A DNA stretch of 64,000 nucleotides from Candidatus Poribacteria bacterium (GTDB taxonomy: Bacteria; Poribacteria; WGA-4E; WGA-3G). Of this stretch, positions 1-8,544 are shown in pieces. Numbering within the stretch: the first letter of the stretch is position 1; each line of letters begins with the position of its first letter. The stretch is from the NCBI GenBank assembly GCA_022821065.1, contig JAJEEK010000079.1, positions 12,839 through 76,838 on the forward strand, given 5' to 3'. The notes beneath the pieces were generated by a model. It saw only the letters and a program-made list of their open reading frames with translations, was not told the origin of the DNA and did not search any database. Position numbers and translations under genes: made by a program.

Positions 1-290
1 TCAACAATGGATGCCTTGCCTACTTTGGGTACAATGAAGACTTCATTGTTTTGATGCATATTTCGGATGCTTTTTTTGACTGTGATTCTGAAATAGATCG
101 GGCGTTTGCTGACGGTTTGACTGCAGAAGAGGTGTACGACCGGGTAATTGCCTACTATAATCAGAAAATCCGCGAGTTGGAAGAGGGGGGACACGACGAT
201 GCAGCGGCGGCTTTAACATACAATCGGAATCATCTCTGTGCCCCCTCAGTCGATGCAAAATGGGGCGACAGAAAAGCAAGAATCGTATAA
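1..290 (+). CDS. 3' end of a hypothetical protein whose start lies upstream of the window
   Basis: The reading frame is open from nt 3 to the stop at 288-290 with no in-frame stop. The ATG at 54 is probably internal. No recognisable motif. Confidence 0.3.
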   Translation, partial: NNGCLAYFGYNEDFIVLMHISDAFFDCDSEIDRAFADGLTAEEVYDRVIAYYNQKIRELEEGGHDDAAAALTYNRNHLCAPSVDAKWGDRKARIV

Positions 291-681
291 CGATTGAGAG
301 TCCTGCGAAAAACACAAGGCAGCGACGGTAGAAACTTTGAGAACCCACCGATACTATCAACACACCGTCCATTTACGAGCCGGATAGCACATCCATTAAA
401 ACCCCGCCAAACATAGAAGATTTGAGGCTGCCCTATTTCGTGCAATCTGTTTTGAGGCTTGCACTATTTAGGGCAATTTTTTTTGAGAAAACCATCTGTG
501 ACGCTATCTGAAATGGCACGAAACTTGCTTAACGCCCTAATAACCCGTTTTCTCCAAAATCCTTGTAATGTGATAAAAAACTTGCACATTCCCCATAAAT
601 TGTGCTAAAATAAATTGGTGATTGCAAAGCCGTAACGACATCATATTGAAACCGTCTCACGAAACGAGTTATCCAGTCTAA

Positions 682-2232
682 ATGAAATACTTTACCTACT
701 TCGGAAACCATCTCATCAACGCGAAACTGCCGGACAATTCGGAGATCTTCTACGCCAAGCCGCCGATACCGGGAATCAAGCGCGCCGCACTCAGCGAACA
801 CACACAACGCGCCTTTGAAAACCCGCTGGAGATGCCACCGCTCAACGAACTCGTTGATGGTAACTCAAAAATACTCATCTTGTTCGATGATAACTGCCAA
901 CCCTTTCCAGCTACGAAAAAACCCGACCTGCGGCAAATTATGATTGAGACGCTTCTGAAGATGCTCTATAGTTACGGCGTAGAGAAACAGAACATCGAAC
1001 TGATATGTGCAGTTGCGTTACACCGTAAGATGAAGGAACACGAACTCGCGTATATGCTCGGCAAAGACATTATGGACGAGTTCTATCCGCATCAACTCCG
1101 AAACTTTGATGCCGAAGATGCCGATCAGATCGTTGAGGTAGGACGCACAGAACAAAACGAAATCGTTGAGACCGATAAGGCAGCCCTCGAAGCCGATCTC
1201 GTGATTTATGTCGATATGATACAAATCCCGCTCAACGGCGGACACAAATCCGTAGCAGTCGGTCTCGGTACGTATAACTCCATCGCGCCGCACCACTCTC
1301 CGCACATGACTGCAGAGAGCCCACACGTGATGCAACCCGAAGGTTCGCACATGCACGCCTGTATCGAGCGGATGAGCCGTCTCATACAGAAAGAGACCCC
1401 GATCTTAGTTCTCGAAGCAGCGATGAACGGCGCGATTTATCCGTTCCATCTCCGCTACGTCGGGAAACCGAACCGCGACTGCAATATCGCCGAGAAGGTC
1501 ATCAAGACCTTTACACCGACAACGCTATCGCTTTTACCGGAATCCGCACGTTACGCGATTCTCAAAAGCGTACGCACCGACTACGAACCGATACAGATCA
1601 ACGCAGGCGATATCGATGCCGTCCATGCGAGAACGCTAACGTCAATGAAGGATCAGTTGGCAATAGACATCCCACGTCAGTTCAGCACATTGGTGTTCGG
1701 GCTCCCCGATATGAGTCCTTACGCCGTTGATGCGCGTATCAATCCCGTGTTGGTCGTCAGCGACATCTTAGGCTATGTCTTCAACTGGTTCTACAACAAA
1801 CCCATCATTAAAAAGAACGGGGTCGTGATTATCTTGAACCCGACGTATGAAATTTTCCACGAAGAGTATCACGTCGCTTACAAACAGTTTTATGATGAAG
1901 TCCTTGCTGAGACGACAGAACCTTTTGAGATGCAACAGAAGTTCCAAGAGAAATATGCGAAAGACGAGTATTTAATCGACTGCTATCGGAACAAATTCGC
2001 GCACCACGGTTTCCATCCGTTCACCGTCTGGTATTGGGCGACGTATCCGTTGAAATATCTCTCGAAGGTCATCCTTGTCGGTCCGAAGGAACCGAGGGTT
2101 GCACAGCGATTGGGTGTTGACTGGGCAAAAAACTTAGACGACGCACTCGCAATGGCACGCGAAATCTCTGGTGAGGACGATGTGGTCGCCTTGACAATGC
2201 CACCATTTTTCTATGCAAACGTCGGAGGTTAG
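682..2232 (+). CDS. LarA-like (DUF2088, nickel-dependent lactate racemase family) protein
   Basis: The segments KILILFDDNCQPFP, LICAVALHRKMKEHEL and ADLVIYVDMIQIPLNGGHKSVAVGLGTYNSI align with the LarA motifs (IVIISSDHTRPVP / ILVATGFHRPSTHEEL / DLLISEGFIESHFFAGFSGGRKSVLPGIASYKTI). At 516 aa it is longer than canonical LarA. Confidence 0.5.
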   Translation: MKYFTYFGNHLINAKLPDNSEIFYAKPPIPGIKRAALSEHTQRAFENPLEMPPLNELVDGNSKILILFDDNCQPFPATKKPDLRQIMIETLLKMLYSYGVEKQNIELICAVALHRKMKEHELAYMLGKDIMDEFYPHQLRNFDAEDADQIVEVGRTEQNEIVETDKAALEADLVIYVDMIQIPLNGGHKSVAVGLGTYNSIAPHHSPHMTAESPHVMQPEGSHMHACIERMSRLIQKETPILVLEAAMNGAIYPFHLRYVGKPNRDCNIAEKVIKTFTPTTLSLLPESARYAILKSVRTDYEPIQINAGDIDAVHARTLTSMKDQLAIDIPRQFSTLVFGLPDMSPYAVDARINPVLVVSDILGYVFNWFYNKPIIKKNGVVIILNPTYEIFHEEYHVAYKQFYDEVLAETTEPFEMQQKFQEKYAKDEYLIDCYRNKFAHHGFHPFTVWYWATYPLKYLSKVILVGPKEPRVAQRLGVDWAKNLDDALAMAREISGEDDVVALTMPPFFYANVGG

Positions 2233-2238
2233 GAAACA

Positions 2239-2433
2239 ATGATTAAAGATTCCCCCATCGTTGAAGACACCCGACGTGTTCGCCGCCTGATCTCTGAAAA
2301 ATTCGATCATGATATAGGTCGCTATATTGCCTATTTGCAAAGTGAGGCAGCTGCACGTCAAACGAAGAAAGCTGCGCAAGCGTCAGATAGCAATGAAGAT
2401 CGAACAACTGAGGAGATTCACAATGAACGATGA
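2239..2433 (+). CDS. small conserved protein, orphan member of the PIN-partner family (see 16530 and 26760)
   Basis: EDTRRVRRLISEKFDHDIGRYIAYLQ is clearly homologous to EIDEIRRIRREISERFDHDIDKLIAHYQ at 26760. Here there is no PIN-like gene immediately upstream. Confidence 0.45.
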   Translation: MIKDSPIVEDTRRVRRLISEKFDHDIGRYIAYLQSEAAARQTKKAAQASDSNEDRTTEEIHNER

Positions 2434-2716
2434 AAAAATCACGACGTTGGATATGTTTCAGTTACTTCGGGAAGATATAAAATCTTCAGAAGCACGCCTT
2501 TTGGCAGATATGCAAAAGATTAGGGAAGATATAAAATCTTCAGAAGCACGCCTTTTGTCGGACATACACGCTTTGGAGGATCGATTACGAAAAGTGGAGG
2601 AAGCCGTCGCTGGCAAAAAAGCGGTGACAACTTTTCAGAAAACGCTCATGGATTGGCTCTTCCGAGTCGCCGCCGCGGTGGGTGTCGGTGGTGCGATAAA
2701 GGCGTTTTTCTCATAG
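2423..2716 (+). CDS. small coiled-coil protein with an in-frame 18-aa tandem repeat and a C-terminal transmembrane segment
   Basis: The ATG at 2423 is preceded by AGGAG at 2411-2415. The unit REDIKSSEARLL[AS]D occurs twice, with near-identical nucleotides at 2466-2501 and 2522-2557. The hydrophobic C-terminus is LFRVAAAVGVGGAIKAFFS. The longer track ORF from 2327 overlaps the upstream gene. Confidence 0.45.
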   Translation: MNDEKITTLDMFQLLREDIKSSEARLLADMQKIREDIKSSEARLLSDIHALEDRLRKVEEAVAGKKAVTTFQKTLMDWLFRVAAAVGVGGAIKAFFS

Positions 2717-2736
2717 TTTCAGTATAGTCGCATCAA

Positions 2737-3780
2737 ATGATGGCAAAACAAATGAAAAATACAAACATTTTAATACCGACCAGTACCATCGGAAGCTACG
2801 CACCCCCGAGTTGGCTGTGTGTAACACTTGAAGCAATCGGGCGCGGAGAACTCGGTGAAACCGACATCAACGAAACCCTTGATGACGCAGTCCGAACCGC
2901 CATTGCCGACCAAGAACGCGCTGGCGTTGACGTTATTACCGAAGGCGAGATGCGACGACAGGATTTCGTGCTCGGTTTCTATGAACGGTTCCCCGGATTG
3001 GAGGAGCTCCCCGCACCGAGAACCCAAGGCCCCGATGGACACGATCAGCGCGGCAAATGGCTGCCATCCGTCCCGCTCACTGCACCCGACGGACTCGGTA
3101 TCCTCGCGGAATTTGAATTCGCAAAAAACGAAACGACGAAACCGCTTAAGGTAACATGTCCCGGACCGTTCACACTCTCCGGACGCATCCAGACCGGCGG
3201 CATCTACAAAGAACGTCTTGAAGTCGCCTACGCGTGTGCGGAGATTATCAATACGGAACTCCGGCAACTCGTCGCTGCTGGCGCGGAATTCATTCAGTTA
3301 GATGAACCCTCCTACGCCGTTTATCCCGACCGTCCGCAGGAATTTGTGAAACTGTTCAACCATACTATTAACGATGTTTCGGCGAAGATCGGTTTGCATA
3401 TCTGTTTCGGGAACTACCGCGGTCGCGCTGTCGGTAAACGCTCCTACCGTCCGCTGTTTCCACATATCCTTGACGCAGCCTTCGATCAACTCGCGTTGGA
3501 GTTTGCGAACAGAGAGATGGCAGAAATCGGACTCTGGAGCGAATTTTCAAACGATAAGGAACTCGCTGCTGGACTCATTGATGTCAAAAACTATTATGTT
3601 GAGACACCAGAGGATGTCGCTGCCCTGCTCCGAGAGGCACTCAAACACGTGTCGCCAGAGAAACTCTCAATTACACCGGACTGCGGTTTCAGCCAGACAG
3701 CGCGGTGGGCAGCTGCCGCTAAACTGAAATCAATGGTTGCCGGTGCTGAAATCATCCGCCGTGAACTCACCGGAAACTGA
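2737..3780 (+). CDS. cobalamin-independent methionine synthase (MetE C-terminal-like / UROD-MetE fold) family protein
   Basis: A protein of about 340 aa with TIGSYAPPSW...DVITEGEMRRQDFV, a C-terminal CGF and general similarity to the MetE catalytic domain. Confidence 0.5.
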   Translation: MMAKQMKNTNILIPTSTIGSYAPPSWLCVTLEAIGRGELGETDINETLDDAVRTAIADQERAGVDVITEGEMRRQDFVLGFYERFPGLEELPAPRTQGPDGHDQRGKWLPSVPLTAPDGLGILAEFEFAKNETTKPLKVTCPGPFTLSGRIQTGGIYKERLEVAYACAEIINTELRQLVAAGAEFIQLDEPSYAVYPDRPQEFVKLFNHTINDVSAKIGLHICFGNYRGRAVGKRSYRPLFPHILDAAFDQLALEFANREMAEIGLWSEFSNDKELAAGLIDVKNYYVETPEDVAALLREALKHVSPEKLSITPDCGFSQTARWAAAAKLKSMVAGAEIIRRELTGN

Positions 3781-3803
3781 ACCGCAAGGAACCTTAAAAA
3801 ATC

Positions 3804-5369
3804 ATGAATACAAATAGAAAAATGCCGACCCCCGAAGAAATTGAAAAGGAATTCCAAGAGTTCTGGCAGAAGAAATACGGCGGCACCGTCCGCCTGACGA
3901 ACGTATCTGCCAGTGAACCCGCACAGGATAGCCAAACCGAAGAACCTGAACCGAAAAAGACTTTCGATCTGAATTTTGATCTCAAACCGAAGGAGATTAA
4001 GAAGTATCTTGATCGGTACGTGATTAAACAGGATGAGGCGAAAAAAGCACTCGCTATCGCTGTTTGCGATCACTATAACCACGTCCGAGAATGCCACGAA
4101 AACTCCGATGCTGCTGATACCGACTACTCAAAGCAGAATATCGTTATGCTCGGTCCGACCGGTGTCGGCAAGACGTATCTTATCCGACACATCGCCAAAC
4201 TCATCGGTGTTCCGTTTGTCAAAGCCGATGCCACCCGATTCAGTGAAACGGGTTACGTCGGTGCGAACGTAGACGACTTAATTCGCGAGTTAGTCTCACA
4301 GGCGGATGACAACCTCGAATTGGCACAATACGGCATCATCTATCTCGATGAAGCGGATAAAATCGCGACACCACCGAATATTATGGGGCGCGACGTGAGT
4401 GGGCGCGGCGTACAAATTGGACTCCTCAAACTTATGGAAGAGACAGAGGTCGACCTGCGCGGCGGAAACGATGTCGCTTCGCAGATGCGTGCCGCAATGG
4501 AATTCCAGAGAAGCGGCAAACTCGATAAAGAAGTTATCAACACGCGGCATATCCTCTTTATCATCAGTGGCGCGTTTACAGGTATGGAAAAAATAATCAA
4601 GAAACGCCTGCATCAAAGCAAAATCGGGTTCAACGCTGAAATTACCAGTCAGAACGACGATAGCGCGCGCGCTTTTGAGAACGTCACACCGAAAGATTTT
4701 ATCGACTTCGGTTTTGAACCTGAGTTTATCGGACGGCTTCCTGTCCATGTCATCTGTAACGAACTTGCGGTGGACGATCTGTACCACATTTTGAAACATT
4801 CCGAAGGCTCCATCATTCGGCAGTACGAGAACGCGTTTCGTGCGTACGGCATCACTGTGCTGTTCTCGGAAAACGGTTTACGCCGAATCGCTGAAAAAGC
4901 CATCGAACAGAAAACAGGCGCGCGTGCCTTAATGACCGTTTGTGAAAAGGCGTTACGCGACTATAAGTTTGAACTTCCGTCTACCGGTGTTGATGAATTC
5001 GTTGTTACCAAAGAGGTCATAGACACGCCGGATGTTGAACTCAAACGCATCATCGAAGATACCGATTACAATAGGGATACGGTGATGCCTGAGCAGGTGC
5101 GCCGGTATGAATCGCAATTCCATATTGACCACGGGTTACAGATTCAGTTCGATGCCGAAGCAACGTCCCTTATCTGTGAACGCGCCATCGCAGACGAAAA
5201 AACAGTACGACAGGTCTGTGACGAACTCCTGAAAAGCTACCAGCACGGTCTGAACCTCATCAAGCAAAATACGGGACAGACCCTCTTCACTTTCCCCAGA
5301 GGAATCGTTGAAAACCCCGATCAGGTACTTGAGGAGTGGATTCGTGCGTCGTATACCACAAAACGTTGA
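3804..5369 (+). CDS. ClpX-family AAA+ ATPase lacking the N-terminal C4 zinc-binding domain
   Basis: YVIKQDEAKKALAIAV, Walker A MLGPTGVGKTYLIRHIAKLIGVPFVKADATRFSETGYVGANVD, Walker B IIYLDEADKI, RDVSGRGVQIGLLKLMEE and HILFIISGAF are all close to ClpX. An IGF loop (KIGFNA) is present. The N-terminal 100 aa lack Cys and no clpP gene is adjacent. Confidence 0.65.
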   Translation: MNTNRKMPTPEEIEKEFQEFWQKKYGGTVRLTNVSASEPAQDSQTEEPEPKKTFDLNFDLKPKEIKKYLDRYVIKQDEAKKALAIAVCDHYNHVRECHENSDAADTDYSKQNIVMLGPTGVGKTYLIRHIAKLIGVPFVKADATRFSETGYVGANVDDLIRELVSQADDNLELAQYGIIYLDEADKIATPPNIMGRDVSGRGVQIGLLKLMEETEVDLRGGNDVASQMRAAMEFQRSGKLDKEVINTRHILFIISGAFTGMEKIIKKRLHQSKIGFNAEITSQNDDSARAFENVTPKDFIDFGFEPEFIGRLPVHVICNELAVDDLYHILKHSEGSIIRQYENAFRAYGITVLFSENGLRRIAEKAIEQKTGARALMTVCEKALRDYKFELPSTGVDEFVVTKEVIDTPDVELKRIIEDTDYNRDTVMPEQVRRYESQFHIDHGLQIQFDAEATSLICERAIADEKTVRQVCDELLKSYQHGLNLIKQNTGQTLFTFPRGIVENPDQVLEEWIRASYTTKR

Positions 5370-5452
5370 GAATGGCCGTCAGTCGTCAGCTATCGGTTTC
5401 TATCGGCAGAAATAGCCGTCAACCATAAATCGGAAAGTGATTACAAAAAATT

Positions 5453-6214
5453 ATGAACAAAAAAAGACCACCTCGTCCAGAGCCGGTGGACCTTAGAGAA
5501 GTCGGTGCGCCGATTGACGGTGAACCGCAGGTTAGCGATAGACGCCTGTTTTTCCAACTCCACGTTTTTGGACATTGTTTGCACCCGGATGTGATTGTCA
5601 AACATATTCAATCGAACAATTACAGTCCGCCGGCTGCAATTTTCTACGACGATTTGAATAACCCTGCCGGTCTCGGTGTCCTTCTTTTTGCGGAGGATCC
5701 GGCAGGCTTGATGCACCAATCGCTCGCACTACAAGACATGCAACGCAAGTTCTATCGTGAGATCTCATATCGTCCAGAGATGACGATGACAGGGCGAACG
5801 TATTCAAGCGGTAGGGAGCCCGATTTGGAAGAATGGCTTATCAGTAAACCGCTTCAAAGTGCTCTTAACCCCGATTTTCCATGGGCGATTTGGTATCCGT
5901 TGCGTCGAAATCCCGAATTTTATCGCCTCGAACCGAGCGAACGCGGGCGCATTTTGGGCGAACATGCGATGCTCGGTCGTAGTTACGCCGCCGGTGGATA
6001 CGCCAGCGACATCCGATTGGCATGCTTCGGGTTGGATACAAACGACAACGAATTCGTCATCGGGTTAGTCGGCCCAGAGTTATACCCGTTATCGCGACTG
6101 ATACAAGATATGCGCCAAACGGAACAAACGACCAAATATATTGAATCGCTCGGGCCATTCTTCGTAGGAAAAGTTCGGAAGCGATGGATTAATGAGTCTT
6201 TATTGGAAAAATGA
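5453..6214 (+). CDS. chlorite dismutase / HemQ-like (CDE superfamily) protein
   Basis: The C-terminal segment ACFGLDTNDNEFVIGLVGPELYPLSRLIQDMRQTEQTTKYIESLGPFFVGK matches the Cld-family C-terminal consensus (FD..dFV.afE...L..f..Lv..LR.te...Y....P.F.G.r). Confidence 0.45.
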   Translation: MNKKRPPRPEPVDLREVGAPIDGEPQVSDRRLFFQLHVFGHCLHPDVIVKHIQSNNYSPPAAIFYDDLNNPAGLGVLLFAEDPAGLMHQSLALQDMQRKFYREISYRPEMTMTGRTYSSGREPDLEEWLISKPLQSALNPDFPWAIWYPLRRNPEFYRLEPSERGRILGEHAMLGRSYAAGGYASDIRLACFGLDTNDNEFVIGLVGPELYPLSRLIQDMRQTEQTTKYIESLGPFFVGKVRKRWINESLLEK

Positions 6215-6936
6215 GAAACATCCTTGCGGTTTGTGCAAAAGAACTCTACACCTATTTCGTTTCACCGATCGCCTATTTCGTCTGTTTCGTTTTCATAGCG
6301 ATTTCAGGCTTTCTTTTCTCCACTATACTTATTACTTTTAGCAGTCAAGGTGGAACCGGAGCGGCCGTGATGGGAACGCTCTTCGGTAATATGGCTATCA
6401 TCCTGCTCTTTTTTACACCGGTCTTGACGATGAAGCTCTTTGCAGAAGAGCGGAAATCAGGAACAATCGAACTTCTCCTCACGTCGCCGATTACAGATGG
6501 GCAGGTCGTTCTCGGCAAATTTTTCGCGAGTATCTCACTGATGCTGATTATGCTCGGTTTGACGCTCCTGTTTCCGTTTTTGACACAACGGTTCGGATAC
6601 TTGGATATAGGGCTCCTACTCAGCGGTTACTTCGGCGTTATTCTGATTAGTTCCGCCTTTCTGGCGTTAGGTCTGTTGATGTCCTCAATGTGCAAGAACC
6701 AACTTGTTGCGGCCCTCACGAGCTTCGGCATTCTCATAACATTGTGGGTAATCGGCGCGCTTTCAACTCGCGGGGGCGCGATTACGAATTTTTTGAGTTA
6801 TCTGTCGCTATCTGAACACTACCACAACTTTGCGCGTGGTGTCATCCCGCTGAAAGATGTCGTCTACTACGTTAGCTTTACATCTGTCTGCCTGTTTGCA
6901 ACGTTCAAGTCCATTGAATCATCAAAATGGAGATAG
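6211..6936 (+). CDS. ABC-2 type transporter permease (GldF-like)
   Basis: A 241-aa polytopic membrane protein with six predicted transmembrane segments. It overlaps the upstream gene by 4 nt and sits directly before a GldG-like gene. Confidence 0.6.
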   Translation: MRNILAVCAKELYTYFVSPIAYFVCFVFIAISGFLFSTILITFSSQGGTGAAVMGTLFGNMAIILLFFTPVLTMKLFAEERKSGTIELLLTSPITDGQVVLGKFFASISLMLIMLGLTLLFPFLTQRFGYLDIGLLLSGYFGVILISSAFLALGLLMSSMCKNQLVAALTSFGILITLWVIGALSTRGGAITNFLSYLSLSEHYHNFARGVIPLKDVVYYVSFTSVCLFATFKSIESSKWR

Positions 6937-6939
6937 GAC

Positions 6940-8544
6940 ATGGATATCGAAAAAAACATTACAGGCCCACTCTTTGGATTTCTTACGTTGGTTTTCGGTT
7001 TTGGTGCGACCGCCAGCGGTATTTTTCGCGCATGGCCTGTTTTTTGGATATGCTTACTCCTCGCAATCGTTTCACTCACTGTTTTTGCCCGGTTAAGGTT
7101 CGCGGACTTTGTAAACTTCTTCGTCAGCCGTCAAGCGCGCTACGGTGCGAATGTGGCGTTGAGTATCGTCGGCGTTATGGGTATCGCGGTTTTCGCGAAT
7201 GCTATTGTCACACACCGCTTTGATAAAAGAGCAGATTTAACAGCACTGCGGCTTTATACGCTTTCCGAACAAACCGCGACTGTTCTCGAAAATCTCGAAG
7301 TGGAAATTCAGGTGACAGCGTTCTTTAGCAGCAGCATCCCGCAATTGGCAACACGTGCCAAAAATATTTTGGAATTGTATCAGCGCGAAACCCAATTCTT
7401 GACGGTCTCATTTAAAGACCCCTACGTCGATCTACAACTCAGTGAACAGTACCAAGTACAATATGACGGAACGATTATTTTTGAAAGTAAAGAGCGACAA
7501 GAAAAGGTTACCATTGTCGATGAACAGAAATTCACAAGTGCGATCCTTAAACTGATCCGCAATGAAACTAAAAAGGTCTATTTCCTCGTCGGTCACGGTG
7601 AACACAGCCTTGATGATCCCAATAACAGTGGATATAGTGATGTGAAAACGGAACTCGAAAACCAGAATTACGCCGCATTCCCGCTCTCGCTTTTGACGAA
7701 AACCGATATACCGACAGACTGTGAAGTGCTTGTAATCGCGGGACCAGAAACCGCTTTGACACGCAACGAACTTGATGCCGTAGAAAAATATCTGACGCGT
7801 GGTGGAAAACTGTTCCTGATGCTTGACCCATCGTTAACGTCCGCTGAAGATGTAAATAGTGGACTCGTTCGACGCATGAAACCATGGGGTATTAACATAG
7901 GAAATGATCTTGTTATTGACAAGGCACAGTTTATACCTCTATTCGGACCCAGCGCACCGGTCCCGGGACCTGAATTGCATGAAATTACACGCGCTATGAG
8001 AGAACCAGTGGCGTTTCCTGTGGTTCGCTCTGTGAAACCTATAACAGATAGATCCGCCGACCTCAGCGTGAAATCTCTCTTTAAGACCGTCGGTGGAACC
8101 GGAAACAGTTGGGGTGAAACCGAGCGTGAAACCGACGGAACTTTCAGCGACGATTTCACCGATTTCACTTATAACGTCGGTGTAGATACGCCACCACCAG
8201 TGTCTGTCGCTGTCGCAATTGAACAGAAAACTGACACAGACGGCAACGGAGACACGACACGCGATCCAACCCGAATTGTCGTTTTCGGGGATTCGGATTT
8301 CGCTGCAAACGCCATTTTCCGAGCACCGAACCGAGACCTCTTTTTAACCGCAATTAATTGGCTCACATTGGAGGAAGACCTCGTCGCAATCCGTCCAATT
8401 GATTTAAGCCAGCAAGCACTGCGCGAGATGACGATCCAGGATATGCGCGTCGTACAGATAACCGCTGTCTTTTTCATTCCGCTTATCGTATTTATCGCTG
8501 GCGTGACCGTCTGGTGGCAGCGTCGAAAAGGAGAGAACGCTTGA
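6940..8544 (+). CDS. ABC transporter auxiliary component, GldG-like
   Basis: A 534-aa protein with N- and C-terminal transmembrane segments and a large soluble domain. The architecture and synteny with the ABC-2 permease and a DUF4340 gene fit GldG. Confidence 0.55.
   Translation: MDIEKNITGPLFGFLTLVFGFGATASGIFRAWPVFWICLLLAIVSLTVFARLRFADFVNFFVSRQARYGANVALSIVGVMGIAVFANAIVTHRFDKRADLTALRLYTLSEQTATVLENLEVEIQVTAFFSSSIPQLATRAKNILELYQRETQFLTVSFKDPYVDLQLSEQYQVQYDGTIIFESKERQEKVTIVDEQKFTSAILKLIRNETKKVYFLVGHGEHSLDDPNNSGYSDVKTELENQNYAAFPLSLLTKTDIPTDCEVLVIAGPETALTRNELDAVEKYLTRGGKLFLMLDPSLTSAEDVNSGLVRRMKPWGINIGNDLVIDKAQFIPLFGPSAPVPGPELHEITRAMREPVAFPVVRSVKPITDRSADLSVKSLFKTVGGTGNSWGETERETDGTFSDDFTDFTYNVGVDTPPPVSVAVAIEQKTDTDGNGDTTRDPTRIVVFGDSDFAANAIFRAPNRDLFLTAINWLTLEEDLVAIRPIDLSQQALREMTIQDMRVVQITAVFFIPLIVFIAGVTVWWQRRKGENA

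Noticed and set aside
1018-8168. Numerous 60-170 aa antisense or overlapping ORFs in the track, e.g. 1018-1356(-), 2770-3267(-), 3594-4097(-), 4296-4799(-), 7668-8168(-)
   Set aside because: Each lies within and opposite to a longer ORF that has recognisable family motifs. They are treated as spurious shadow ORFs.
8514-8540. Track start (GTG at 8514) of the DUF4340-like gene, overlapping GldG by 31 nt
   Set aside because: The TTG at 8541 has an AAAGGAGAG RBS and yields a canonical Met-Asn-Phe-Lys plus transmembrane signal anchor, so the shorter start is preferred.
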